A stretch of DNA of 64,000 nt from Vicugna vicugna (GCA_013265495.1 MU058482.1:96962-160961); one strand, 5' to 3'. Counted from the stretch's first letter, positions 37,720 to 50,242 are shown. Made by a program: numbers and translations. Notes: generated by a model not told the origin, from the letters alone.

Positions 37720-38945
37720 TATTATCACCTCACTCCAGTCGGTTTGGCCATCATAAAAAGTCTACAAATAATAAATGCTGGAGAGGGTGTGGCAAAAAGG
37801 GAACCCTCCTACATTGTTGGTGGGAATGTAGTTTGGTGCAGCCATTATGGAAAACAGTATGGAGAATTATTTAAAAATGAAAAATGGATATGATCCAGCA
37901 ATCCCACTCCTGGGCATATATCCAGAGGAAACTCTATTTCAAAAAGATACATGCACCCCAATGTTCATAGCAGCACTGTTTACAACAGCCAAGACATGGA
38001 AGCAACCTAAATGTCCATCAAAAGATGACTGGATAAAGAAGTTATGGCATATATACAATGGAATACTACTCAGACATAAAAAAGAATAAAATAATGCTAT
38101 TTGCAGCAACATGGATGGACCTGAAGACTGTCATACTAAGTGAAGTAAGCCATGAAGAGAATGAAAAATACCATATGATATCACTTATATGTGGAATCTT
38201 TTAAAATGACACTAATGAACTTGGTGTAGCCACTATGGTGAAACAGTATGGAGGTTTCTTAAAAAACTAAAAATAGTTATAGTATGATACAGCAAACTCA
38301 ATCCTGGGCTATATCCAGAAACTAATTCAAAAAATACATGAACCCCAAGGTTCATAGCAGGACTTTTTACAATAGCCAAGACATGGAAGCAGCCTAAATG
38401 TCCATCAACAGATGACTGGATAAAGAAAATATGATAGATACAGATATAGATAGATATATAGATATATAGGTATATATTACTCAGCCATAAAAAGGAATGA
38501 AATAATGTCATTTGCAGCAACATGGTTAGACCTACAGATTACCATACAAAGTGAAGTTAGTCAGAGAGAGACAGATACCATAGGTTATCTCTTATATGCA
38601 GAATCTGAAAAATGACACAAATGAACTTATTTACAAAACAGAAAGAGACTCACAGACATAGAAAACAAACTTATGGTTACCAGGGGAGAAAGGGGAAAGG
38701 AGGGATAAATTGTGAGTTCGGGATTTGCAGATACAAACTATTATATATAAAACAGATAAACAACAAGGTCCTACTGGATAGCACAAGGAAGTATATTCAA
38801 TGGCCTGTAGTAACCTGTAATGAAAAAGAATATATAGTCTAACTGAATCACTATGCTGTACACCAGAAACTAACCCAACATTGTAATTCAACTATACTTC
38901 TATTTTTCAAAACTTGTATGTCAATTATACTTCAATGTTTAAAAA
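37720..38945 (+). mobile_element. Two adjacent LINE-1 3' fragments (37720-38222 and 38223-~38945)
   Basis: The ORF2 C-terminal segment (..[16 protein letters not shown]..) occurs twice in series, followed by 3'UTR. Confidence 0.85.
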
Positions 38946-41900
38946 ATCACTGTCCAAAGAGCATAACAAGGTATTGTAGATGATAGTTGGATTGGATGAC
39001 CTTTAATGTTCCTCTAACCCTGAGATTCTGTGTTTCTCCTAGTCTGTGTGGTTTTATCTTAGCACCTTAGTAATTAAGAAATACAAGTTTCATTAAATGT
39101 GAACGTACTAATATGAAAACATCTTTTGACCAGTAACAACCACATTAGCTTTCCTTTCTTTTTTTCCAAATTTGTTTTTTAAAGAGAGAAAAAATCACAG
39201 ATGTGAAATCATCAACAAACCCTTTTAAGCTCCAAACCCTTTGTCCCACCTGATGTTACAAAATTGGAACAAGTTAGAAACTAAGGGAGTTTTCCAGGAA
39301 ATAAACCATGGATGTTGGTCTTGTCTTTTCACAGGGGTACTATTACAGTATTCCCCAAGCTAAAGGTCTCACACGCTGTAACTGACTTGGGGAAAATAAG
39401 AGAAGTAACAGAACACAAGAGACCAACTTTAGCAGTTACCTTCAGTGAGAGAAGCAACTCTTCCTGAGGAAACTGGAAGAGGAAATCTAAATATAAGCAG
39501 ACAAATAATAAGTCAAGTTTCAGCACTTTGATCTTTCATTTTGATCCAGCCAGAAATGACTAATTGAGTCTTCTGCCATAAGCTCTTCACAATAACTACT
39601 GCTGGCTCTGCAGGAGCCAAAATCATTGAAATCTCTCTAGGATCAGGATTTATATCCCTTCTCTCAGATTATGAAAGGATTTTCTGTGGATGCTGACACC
39701 TCCAGGGGAAGGTGATTCTCTCTCCCCCCAGTAGCACCTGCCCTTGTCCTATCCAATTTTCCAGAGTTAAATGTCACCTACAGGACTTGATCACTGAGGT
39801 GGAGAGGTGCTGAAAAGAGAGGAAGATATTCCCAAACATAGATCATCACAGAGTAAGTTTCAGACATAGATAAATGTTGAGTCTAAACATTGTGCAAGGG
39901 ATTTCTCCATCTAAGTCACTCTATCTCTCAATGTCTTTCCTTGCTTCATTAGTCAATATATTTCTCTTTCTTCTCTCACAGAAATTTTCTTTACTGCTCT
40001 GGTAAGTCCAACTATGCAGCCTTTTTGTATCAGATGACACTATTTCCCCAAACCTTCCATTGGCTACATCTATCTCCAAAGTACCCTTCTTTAGAGGTTC
40101 ATTCAACCTCTGATTCTGCCTAGATTCAACCCGAGAATGTAAGAGCATCTCCGAGTTCTCTGGTGGTTCCATCTTTGCTCCTTGCTGTTTAGTCCTTGTC
40201 AGATCCCTTCTCCACCTCTAAGACAGGTACTCTGACCAAAATTTGAAGGATGGATGTGAGCAAAACTATAATCTGACTTCTGTGTTAGTGAATAGTTTAA
40301 ACAGACAGTTTAAACTCATTGCTAATAAGAGTGTTATATTTTAATGGAAACTTTTATTTTCATTTCTCAGACTTAGCAACTCAAATTTTTCTCATCTCAT
40401 TGTATAGATGCATATATTCATTCCAATGTACTCCTCTTTAGATTATTTTCAGTGCTATGAGTCTTATTGTACAATTCAGAAAATGGCAATAGATTTTATC
40501 TGTTTTCCAAGTATTTGAAATGCTTATAAATTTAAAAAATTGTGCTTTGAGTTGATTCTCAAAAAATAATGAATTTTTTTAAAGTTTTCTTCACAGCCAT
40601 TTGAGACATGGTTGACTAGAGTTAGATATGTAATTTGGGACCAAAATTAAGCAATGGGGTCAAGCCTGCGCCCTTTGTCTCATTTAAAAAAAAGATTACT
40701 ATCCCCTGGGCAAATCAGCCACTAACAATTTTTTAGTGATCAGCATTATAGATTATATTATAGACATTTTGTGGTCCACTAATGATTCCCATATCTTTTT
40801 CAAATATGTTTGTACTAGATGACCTTTTATATTTTATATCAGGCACAATTGAAAAACACATGACATCAATTATCTTCACAATCTAAGTCTCTGTAAAATG
40901 AAAACACTGCTAAATGCCACAGACAATGGTCTACTTCTTTTAAGAATTGTTCCGTGGGTTAGAATGCCAGATAGTGAAAGGAGATGGACAACTGCACAGA
41001 TTCATGGTAATAACACTTGACCCTTGTTTGATTTTAGAACTTGCACTTAATTCTACTCCATCTAGGTTTAGAAATAGAGGAGCAACACCGGATTAGAATC
41101 TTTGACAGAATGAATCATCAAACTCTTAAAATTGTTACTTAGATTCACAAAGCTCTGACCTTGGGACACTAAGGAATAATAGTGCCAGTGAATTTTTTTA
41201 AACTCCTAATGATTTAGCAATCTGGAATAACATAATTTGATAAATTATTTTGGCTTATTTTGGGGAAGGAATGTTAAGTGAAATGTAGAAGAGTACTAGA
41301 CTGGAAACCATAAAACTTGGTTGTAGTCCATAGTTAGCACTATACAGCTGTGGGGCTCCTTTGTCATTTAACTCCTCTAAGGATCATGAGAACACCACAC
41401 AGATAAAAAACACCATCATTATTCTGTGAGTTCATATCACCCTAGTCCATTGAGGTTTCATCAGTGCCATATTTTTTTTTCCTTTGTGCCGTGTTCCTCT
41501 CTCTCTCTCTCACTCTCCCTTCCCTCCTCCTCCTCCCTTCACTCTCTCCTCCACTCTTCTTCCCACCCCTCACTTCTTTCTTTCTCTCCAGCTCTGTTAT
41601 TGAAATGCTTTAAGGCATCTTGGACCCACATCTGGTGTATTAGTGAATCACAGTAAGCAGAGGGGTATTCACTCGATACCAAGTTCATGCTTGGAGATCT
41701 ATGATAATGGCAGTGGCACAGGGAAGGAGGTCATGACAGATCAGAGGAAGAAGGAAGTTGTCTTCTTAAGCTTTGTGACTGAATGAGGAAGAAAAATTGT
41801 TAGAGAAGCAAAGAGTAAAACTTTGTTACAACTGGAATGAAATCATATCTAATAAAGACAATATTACAAACAGGGCTACATCCCTTCCCTCCCATTAAGA

Positions 41901-44127
41901 TGGCTCTAAAATATAAGGGTAAGATTAGGAAATACAATTCGTTCTGACTGAGTAAAACAAGAATCAGCATAGTGTGTGGACTGGAATTCTCTATCTACAG
42001 GAAATTTCCCAAAAGAAATAATAGCTCCTAGAGAATAATTCAGAGAATGGATAATTTTCTCTAATGCAAACAAGAAAATTGTGTAGAAAACAAATGAGGG
42101 GGAAATGACTAGAGAACTCTATAAAGTTAGAAAAGTGTGTTGAAAAGAAGGGAGCCATTGGAAATAAGAAAGGCAATCTAAAAGAGGTATAGGCTCAGGA
42201 AGAAAATAATTAGAGTGAATGTATCCTCACTACAGCCCTGAATAAAATGGTATTGTATCTGAAGGGAAGATTAAAGTATTCCCTTAGGTAAAGGGACTGT
42301 AATTTACCACATTAATTCATTGAGACCTGTTGCAGTGTAAATTAAGTGTGCACCATCAAATTCCCTTTGCTCTGATTCAAAACTTAAAAATATACATCTG
42401 ATTCCTAACTTGATTTCCAGGGGCCCTGATATTACTAAGTCGTTGCCCTGAATGGTAAGTGCACCATTTCAGTCATGGAAGAGAGATCTCCCACTATAAA
42501 TGAACTGAATTGATTGTTTGATTTACAAGTCATTCTCTCGGGTATTTGAATATCATGAACTGATTTCCTAACTCCTGATTCCTCTAGAGAGACCTGACCA
42601 AATCAGGCTTCTAAATCTGTAGAGTTTAACATCAGACTTTTGTGACCCCAGGAAAGGATGACATCCCCTGACAACCAGACCAGAGCAGCCACCTGAGCTC
42701 ATTCAGGCCAAGACTGCTGTTGGATACAGTCATGAATTTCTCAAGGAACTTGTGTGGGAACTTAAACCTTCTGTACTTTCTGAAGTCAAGAAGTGGGAGG
42801 AGGCCAGTGTCTGTAGTCGTGGCATCTAGAAGAGTTCTGTGGTCAACTTTTTGAAATTCAACCATCACTGCTTTCCTGAAACTGAAATATTTAAAGCTTT
42901 AAAGTCACAGCTCCTATTCCACTCACTTGAAAAAGGATAACATCACATGGGGGTAAAAGGAATTCCTGCTTCCTCTTTTAAGTTCTATAAAAGATGGTTC
43001 AATAGTGAGGGCTAACCTTTGATAGAGCATAGATTCAGCCGGTTTGAAGTCAAGTGTCCAATGTAAAGATTATTGAGTGTAACTACCCATTATTGGTCAC
43101 TATTTGTCAGAATTGGATCCAGAGTTTCATTCCCTAGAAGCCTCAATCAGGAAATGAAAAGCAAGAGGTGCTGTGAAACTTGTTCAGAACTAAGAGGCAA
43201 GCTAATGACCCAGATGCGTTATAACGTTCACTTTTAGGGTTTTCTTTCAGCAGCAGGGCCATCTGTCCATGATGTCGTACTGAAGGGTTGCTAGTTCTCT
43301 GCTCTTTGCATTCACTTGAAACAGAGCACAGGAGTAAAGGTGGAGGGAATCAGAGAGCCCCTGACATTCCCTGATAATCTCCCTCTTCCTTCTGAGTGGA
43401 TGTGAATCACTCCAGAGCAAAGTCAACCAACTCATTTCAATTTCTTTGACGCCTCACCTCAAGCCATGAGTTGAGATATTAGAGACTCATATAACTAGGG
43501 AGAGTTTTAAAAGTTCATTAACCCAATCCTTTTTCTTCAGGTGGGGAAATGCCAATCAAGGGATTAGACTAAAAAATGATTCTTCCACCTTGAAAGCCAT
43601 TTGCTCTGCTCCAGCCATGCCCTCGTCCTGTTCCTCTCATCCTCTCCAGTCACCCTTGCTTTCTCTTTCATCTCTGACATCTCACTACAGCCATCCCTCT
43701 GTGCTTCCTCCTCTCTCCTTCTTTACCATGTCCCAAGGCTTATTTATTACATGCAAAGAAACTGCAATATAAAGCACCAGGTACCAACCACAGCTTTTCT
43801 TATGTACTTACAGCCTCATTGGTGTTCTCTTCCTTTAACTAGAGACAACCTGGAGAGTAGACTTGCACAGTATCAAGCACTGTCACAACTAGCCATTTAA
43901 CCAAAATTCTATCCATTCTCTTTACCACAAAGGAGGAAAAGGAATTTTCTCATTTCCTTTTTGCATAATCCCTACTCTGTAAGTTCATGTCCTGGCAGAG
44001 ACAGGAGTGAGCCAGGGGCCTCTGGAAGTTTCTGAACTAGCAGATCATCTATCAAAATATCCTTTCCCACACACGTTGTTTCCGGTTAACCCTTAATCTT
44101 TGGCCAGATTATTCTAGGTACAAACAC

Positions 44128-44325
44128 CTAAGGCCAAACTTCTTCTGTAAAGGTCCAGAGAGTAAATATTTTAAGCTTTGTAGTCCAAACATATCTGCTC
44201 AACTGTCATCATAGCACCAAAGCAGCTACAGATAGTAAGTATAGTGCAGTAAGCAAAGTGTAGTAAGTAAATGAGCATGGCTGTGTTTCAATTAAATTTT
44301 ATTTACAAAACAGCCCCACCCCTGC
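44128..44325. mobile_element. MER58A-like hAT DNA transposon
   Basis: 'caaacttcttctgtaaaggtccagagagtaaatattttaagctttg...gctgtgtttcaattaaattttatttacaaaa' matches recalled MER58A. Confidence 0.7.
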
Positions 44326-44491
44326 CATAGAACATAATTCTCCTTATTTGTCATCCCTCCACGTAAGAGAGAAACCTCTCTGCCACTGTCCCTGGTTTTT
44401 ATCATCTCTGTCTCTAGTCCCCCCTCGCTTTCCTCTCACCTCAGTGCTACCTCCTGTTTTGTCCATTCTCTAGGTAAGATCACTCCAGAGG

Positions 44492-45433
44492 ATGGAAAGC
44501 ATCAACAGCTCACTGCTGACCGAGTTCATTCTGACAGGAATTCCCTACCCACCCCAGCTAAGGATGTTTCTTTTAGTGTTATTTTTGCTAATCTACATCC
44601 TGACTCAGCTGGGGAACCTGCTCATTCTAGTCACCGTCTGGGTAGACCCACAGCTCCATGCCCGTCCCATGTACATCTTCCTGGGTGTGCTCTCCATCAT
44701 CGACATGGGCATCTCCTCCATCACTGTCCCACGCCTCTTGATGAACTTCACTTCAGGCATCAAATCCATCCCATTTGGTGGCTGTGTCACTCAACTCTAC
44801 TTCTATCACTTCCTGGGCAGCACCCAGTGCTTCCTCTACACCCTGATGGCCTACGACAGGTACCTGGCAATATGCCGGCCCCTGCGCTACCCTGTTCTCA
44901 TGAATGCTAAGCTGAGTACCTTGCTTGTGGCTGGAGCTTGGGTGGCAGGATCCATCCATGGGGCTCTCCAGGCCATCCTAACCTTCCGTCTGCCCTACTG
45001 TGGCCCCAGCCAGATAGACTACTTCTTCTGTGACATCCCCGCTGTTCTGAGGCTGGCCTGTGCTGATACAACGGTCAACGAGCTGGTGACCTTTGTGGAC
45101 ATTGGGGTGGTGGTTGCCAGTTGCTTCTCCCTGATCCTCCTCTCCTACATACAGATCATTCAGGCCATCCTGAGAATCCGTACAGCTGATGGGCGGCGCC
45201 AGGCCTTTTCAACCTGTGGAGCTCATGTAACCGTGGTAACCGTGTACTATGTGCCCTGTGCCTTCATCTATCTGAGGCCTGAAACCAACAGCCCCCTGGA
45301 TGGGGCGGCTGCCCTATTCCCCACAGCCATCACTCCTTTTCTCAACCCCCTCATCTATACTCTGCGGAACCAAGAGGTAAAACTGGCCCTGAAGAGAATG
45401 ATAGGAGGCCCAGGGACCAAGAGCAAGGTTTGA
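44492..45433 (+). CDS. OR10G3: Olfactory receptor 10G3, 313 aa, intact
   Basis: MESINSSLLTEFILTGIPYP...RPETNSPLDGAAALFPTAITPFLNPLIYTLRNQEVKLALKRM matches recalled OR10G3. Confidence 0.95.
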   Translation: MESINSSLLTEFILTGIPYPPQLRMFLLVLFLLIYILTQLGNLLILVTVWVDPQLHARPMYIFLGVLSIIDMGISSITVPRLLMNFTSGIKSIPFGGCVTQLYFYHFLGSTQCFLYTLMAYDRYLAICRPLRYPVLMNAKLSTLLVAGAWVAGSIHGALQAILTFRLPYCGPSQIDYFFCDIPAVLRLACADTTVNELVTFVDIGVVVASCFSLILLSYIQIIQAILRIRTADGRRQAFSTCGAHVTVVTVYYVPCAFIYLRPETNSPLDGAAALFPTAITPFLNPLIYTLRNQEVKLALKRMIGGPGTKSKV

Positions 45434-46435
45434 AAATGTCTGACCCCTCCTGGGGAAATCTTCACATTTGTAGTTTATTCTAATGGTTAGATTTCAGTGA
45501 GTTTTTTTCCTTCTTTTTCTCTTTTATGTAGCCACATAATATCAATACAACAGGATCAAACACAGTTAAAAGTAAAATACTTTCGAATAGTCCCTTAGTG
45601 TCTCCTTCAGATAAACAACTCTCAGCTGCCACTTAAATGACAAAAGAAAATGAGCCAAACCAACAGCAGAGACTCTGCACTTCACAGTCTAAGATTTTTA
45701 AATGCACCCATGAGTCCTAAACTCTTCCTGACCAGTTTCCTTGTAGGAACTGTAGTAACCAAAAGACCATACAATGTAGAGATATTAGATTTAAATTTTT
45801 TTTAATATTACACTAATGTAGAAAGGGGTTGATACTGAAAGCTGAAGGCTCTTTGGAGGAGATAAAATGCAGGGCAGACATCTTCCTTCCTCTCCTCCTT
45901 TCCTGCCTCTTCCTCAGTACAGCTGCCACAGTGTTGGAAGTGTTTACGGCAGGCTGAGGGTGCTCAGTAGATGTATGGGTAACTTTGGGTGCCTTTCCTG
46001 ATTCCTTTGGACCAGAGTTTAAGTATCTAAAGGTGACAGGTAAAATGGAACAAGTTAGGAAATCTCTATTTGGTAAGCTTTATGCTAATTATATCCTCTG
46101 GATTAATTTCCTGTTCTCTCTGTAATCAGTTTGGTCTTCTCAACATTCCTTCACATCTTCTGCCAAGACAGGAAGACAGGAGTTGAAGGCAGTGGCCCAG
46201 CATGAAGGGATGTTGGAGAAGGAATGATGCCTCTTAGGGTGGTCTGCCCCAGGCCCGTATCACTCCCATCTTCTGACAGTGAGACCCCCTATCCACAGCT
46301 GGTGTTTGACAGTTCTGGAATTTGTTTCTACAAAGGAGGGTTTCTCCTCCAAACCCCTCTCTGTCACCCACCCTCCTCAAATAAGAGACTGGAAACCCAA
46401 ACACACAAAGCCACACAGTCACTGCCCTTGATAGT

Positions 46436-46441
46436 TTTATT
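46436..46441 (-). terminator. Polyadenylation signal of the RNase-like gene
   Basis: AATAAA on the minus strand ~430 nt after the stop, followed by a GT-rich element (gtgactgtgtggctttgtgtgtttggg). Confidence 0.7.
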
Positions 46442-46587
46442 AAAGCTGCAGGTAGGCAAATGGGCTCAGCAGACCCCTGGGGCACAACTGCCCACAACAA
46501 GTTCACAAACCTCCTTCTGACTTTCTCTTCCACTCTAGGGAGTGAGGCCCTGAGGAGAAAGGGGGCCAAACCCCAGGAAAGAATTTA

Positions 46588-46609
46588 ACAGCAGCAGCAG
46601 CAGCAGCAA

Positions 46610-46640
<31 letters not shown>

Positions 46641-46650
46641 CCCCCTCCCC
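46588..46650. repeat. (CAG)n plus (CT)n microsatellite in the predicted RNase 3'UTR
   Basis: Directly visible. Confidence 0.9.
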
Positions 46651-46871
46651 CCATCTCCCTCTCATCTCCCCTCTGCCTCCACCATCCCTCTAACAGAAAT
46701 CCACAGGACTGACAGTGAGAGAGCAGGGCGTGGGGGCTAGGACTCAGGGAACAATGAGCTGGCCCAGGCTATGTGGGAGCCCAAAGCCGCTGGGATTGAG
46801 CAGGACCTCACAGTGGGAAGGGGAGGGGGGTAAGCAGAACAGCAGACAGCCTTGAGGAGAGGCTACAGAGA

Positions 46872-47291
46872 CTACTCATTCAGATGAATCGGGTGCTTCC
46901 CCACACAGACCACACTCACATCCCTCCAGAGGGTGATGCCTTTGTAGTAACAGTGCGGGGGCACAGCATCTGGGTAGAGATTACACTGGGTGACTTTGAA
47001 GATAATGAGGTGGCAGTTGTAAATGTCAGACATCTTCACACACCTCACAGCTGGACCCTCGCAGAGGCCACCTGTGTTGGGGGACACACTGTGGACAAAG
47101 GTCTTGGTCTTCGTACAGCTCTTATCAGTGGCCAGCCCTCGAACCTTCATCATCACATCACAGTAATATTTGTGCTTGGCAGAGATCTTTGTTTTGGGCC
47201 TGTCAAGTTGGTGATGGAGGAGGTCTTGGGGCTCAGAGAAGCCCAGCTGGTCCATTAGGAGGAATAAGAGGAGGGCCCATGTCAGAAGCAT
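46872..47291 (-). CDS. Secreted RNase A-superfamily protein, non-canonical, 139 aa
   Basis: Hydrophobic signal peptide, 8 Cys in RNase A spacing, YCDVMMKVRGL, CTKTKTFVH (degenerate CKxxNTF), VTQC, PHCYY and C-terminal VVC..PIHL. Single coding exon with acceptor tttctcctttttctaacAG (47298-47297) and AAAACATG context. Confidence 0.9.
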   Translation of the reverse strand: MLLTWALLLFLLMDQLGFSEPQDLLHHQLDRPKTKISAKHKYYCDVMMKVRGLATDKSCTKTKTFVHSVSPNTGGLCEGPAVRCVKMSDIYNCHLIIFKVTQCNLYPDAVPPHCYYKGITLWRDVSVVCVGKHPIHLNE

Positions 47292-47704
47292 GTTTTCTGT
47301 TAGAAAAAGGAGAAATCTGTCTCTTAGCCAATGAACACCAAACCTTCATGTGCTCAAAGCCCCCATCCCTCACCCAGAGGATTACAGATACTCTTACTTA
47401 TCTTCAAAAACACTGCTTCCTTGCACTCATCCCAGAAAATCATTGTAGTCCAACATTCATCTTCCTTCTTTCCATGTCCTCCTGCCTTCATTTCCTCTCA
47501 TCCCACTGCTGGGGCCCAGCACATTCTTAATCATCTTTTTTAAGACTACATTCACTAAGGATATTGGGGTAAGGGATCTGTCACTTAAATAGGTGGGTGC
47601 CTTACACTCCCTTGCATCTTATAGACGAGAGCAAAACTGAACCCTAAGTGATCTTTGATCCTCACTCAAATAGTAACACTAACTTATAGAGTACTTTACA
47701 ATGA

Positions 47705-47868
47705 TGCTTCTAAATTTTTAATGTGCAGTTAAATATCTGGGGATCCTATCAGAATGCAGGTTCTGATTCAGTAGATTTGGAATGGGACCTGAGATTGTCA
47801 TTTCTAACCAGCTGCCAGATGATTTTGATGCTGTTGGTCCATGGGCCGCACTTTCAATAACAAAGCTT
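47705..47868. mobile_element. MER5A-like DNA transposon in the predicted RNase intron
   Basis: 'atgcaggttctgattcagtagatttggaatgggacctgaga...gctgttggtccatgggccgcacttt'. Confidence 0.7.
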
Positions 47869-48346
47869 TAGAGTTTACAAAGACCTCTCACATATCTAAG
47901 GTCATCACCCTCTCTGTGAGGTCAGGCAGGTATTATGCTAACCCACTTCTAGTAACTGACTTTCAGAAAAGTTCAATGAATCACCCAAAGTCATAAAACA
48001 TCATGGAGCTGACACAAATCTTAGAACCTCTGGTGTCAAGGAAAATTCTCTGCTCTGCTCCACTTTAGATTAATCCACTGGCCCACTATATTACCTACCA
48101 ATATAAAGCTCTTCCACTGGAAACTGCTTCATATCTGCATAAGAAAAAAGTTTCACCAGCCCTCACTTTCTCTTGTGCTCATTCTGCCTCACTTGTAAGA
48201 ATCTCACTTGGCCCCTTAGACACTTCTATTTTCCCACCATTCTCTCTGGGGCAAAAAAAAAAAAAAAAAAGGTCACCATGGCTACCTGTACCCCTCCAGT
48301 GTAACACCTCACATACCCAGTCTCAATCCTGTATGTGCTCCTTTAC

Positions 48347-48441
48347 TTCGCCCCAGGCTGGTGCTCTGGAGAGTTAGGTCCTGGAGGTCCTGTGGCTGGA
48401 AAGTTTTCTGAGCCTCTTTCCTCTCAGGCTGTGTTATTATA
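48347..48441 (-). promoter_or_regulatory. Candidate TATA box and non-coding exon 1 of the RNase-like gene
   Basis: TATAATAA at 48441-48434. Candidate donors GAA|GTAAAG (48346) or TGG|GTATGT (~48316). Fits the non-coding exon, intron, coding exon layout of RNase A genes. Confidence 0.5.
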
Positions 48442-49837
48442 GCACCCAGCTGTAGGGGTAGGAGGCTGGGGGTTGGGGGGTGAGTAACTTGGGTAGTGAC
48501 CCATCACTTTCTGACGCTGAGAGATGCTGAGGCTTTCTGGCCTGATACCCAAAGCAGACCTCATTCTACGCTCCATTTAATGAATCCAAACATCGAGAAC
48601 AGGGTTTCCCTGGGGGTAGAAGACCTCACGCAGCCTGAAGCGTGAACAGAAGCAAAGGGAAGGAGCCTGGACCCCTGGGCCTTTGTCTCCGCTCTCTGAG
48701 AAGGGATCCCTGTTCCCTCTATAGGGAAGTTAGGCAGCTCCCAAGGACAAGATACAACTACAACAGCAGAAATCCCTCAACCAGTCTGGACCCAGCACAA
48801 GCAACAAGTCAGCCTCCACCACGTCTGCTCTCCCCCAGCCCCTAAACCCCCTAAGCAGCCTTGAGGCTCTCAGACTGGAGGAGCTAGCAATCAAAGGTTC
48901 TGGGATAGTAATATTTATAGTTTTCCAAAAGAAAAGCACAGCAAGAAAAAAGTAAGGAGGGGCTGAGGGGCCCTTGAAGAAAAAGAGCAAAGTCTGAGAT
49001 CTGGGGGAAAAAACAGGAAGCTGGTGATGATGGTAACAGATCTCTTTAATACCCTCCTGGCTACTATGACTTAAGATCCAAACACCCCAAGATCTCTCTT
49101 CCCTCCAGCCGTAGCCAGGGCTTTGTTCTCCAAATGTTTGCCCTGGAACCACACTAAAACAGCTCTCCAAATGCCTTGGCAGCCTTATCTGTGCCTGACC
49201 TCTGCAGCCTTTGTCACCCTCCTGGAGCAGGTCACTGTATTTGTTTCTCTGCTTGTTTACTCCTTCAGCCTAGCCTTCTGGGCCTCCTTCTCTGCTCCAG
49301 GACTTCTCATGTGATTCAGGCCTCAACTGATCTGCCACAGGCCAATGGGCAGGAACCATTATTCCCAGACCACGGTATAGAACACTGAAGCTATTTACCT
49401 AGCAATGAAAGAGTGTGTGGACCATAGAGGAGAATCAAGATCTGAAATAAACAGAATTGTATCATACAATTAGTTTGCCTTTTCTAAGTACCTCATATAA
49501 GTGCAATCATACAATATTTGTCCTAAGTACTTTTCATTTATAATAATGTCTTGCAGGTTCATCCATGTTGTAGCATATATCAGAATTTCTTTCCTTTTAG
49601 GGTTGAATAATATTCCATTGTATGGCTATACCACATATTGTTTATCCAATTATCATTTGATGATCAATTGGGTTGCTTCTACTTGTTGGCTATTATGAAT
49701 AATGCTGCCATGAACATTCATTCATGTACATGTTTTGGTGAAAATACGGCTGTTAACCTGCGACTTGAAAGATGAGAAAGTATTCGGCAAGACTAGCATG
49801 GTTAATGAAAGTAAGGATCTGGGATATAAGAAAAGAT

Positions 49838-49968
49838 GAGCGGGGTATGGCTCAGTGGTAGAGTGCATGCTTAGCATGCATGAGGTCCTGGGTTCAATCC
49901 CTAGTACCTCCATTAAAATAAAAATAAATTTAGAAACCTAATTCCTACACACACCCCTAAAAAAAGAA
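49838..49968 (+). mobile_element. tRNA-Ala-derived SINE (vic-1-like)
   Basis: A/B boxes, AT tail, TSD aagaaaagat. Confidence 0.9.
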
Positions 49969-50242
49969 AAGAAAAGATAGGACAAGTAGCATGGGGCTAG
50001 ATCGTTTAGATCTTTGTAAGGACTATGGATTTCATTCTAAGTATAATGCCAAAGCCATTGACTAAATCAGAGCTCCACATTGACTTGATCCAACTTGTGT
50101 TTTAATATTGTCACTCTTGCTGCTATGTAGTGAATGGGTTGCAGAGGACAAAACACAGTAAGGAGACTAGTTAGACTAGACTGTTGCAACAGTTCAGGTA
50201 AGGGGTGATAATAGCCTGGATTAAAGTTATGGTGGTGAAGGT

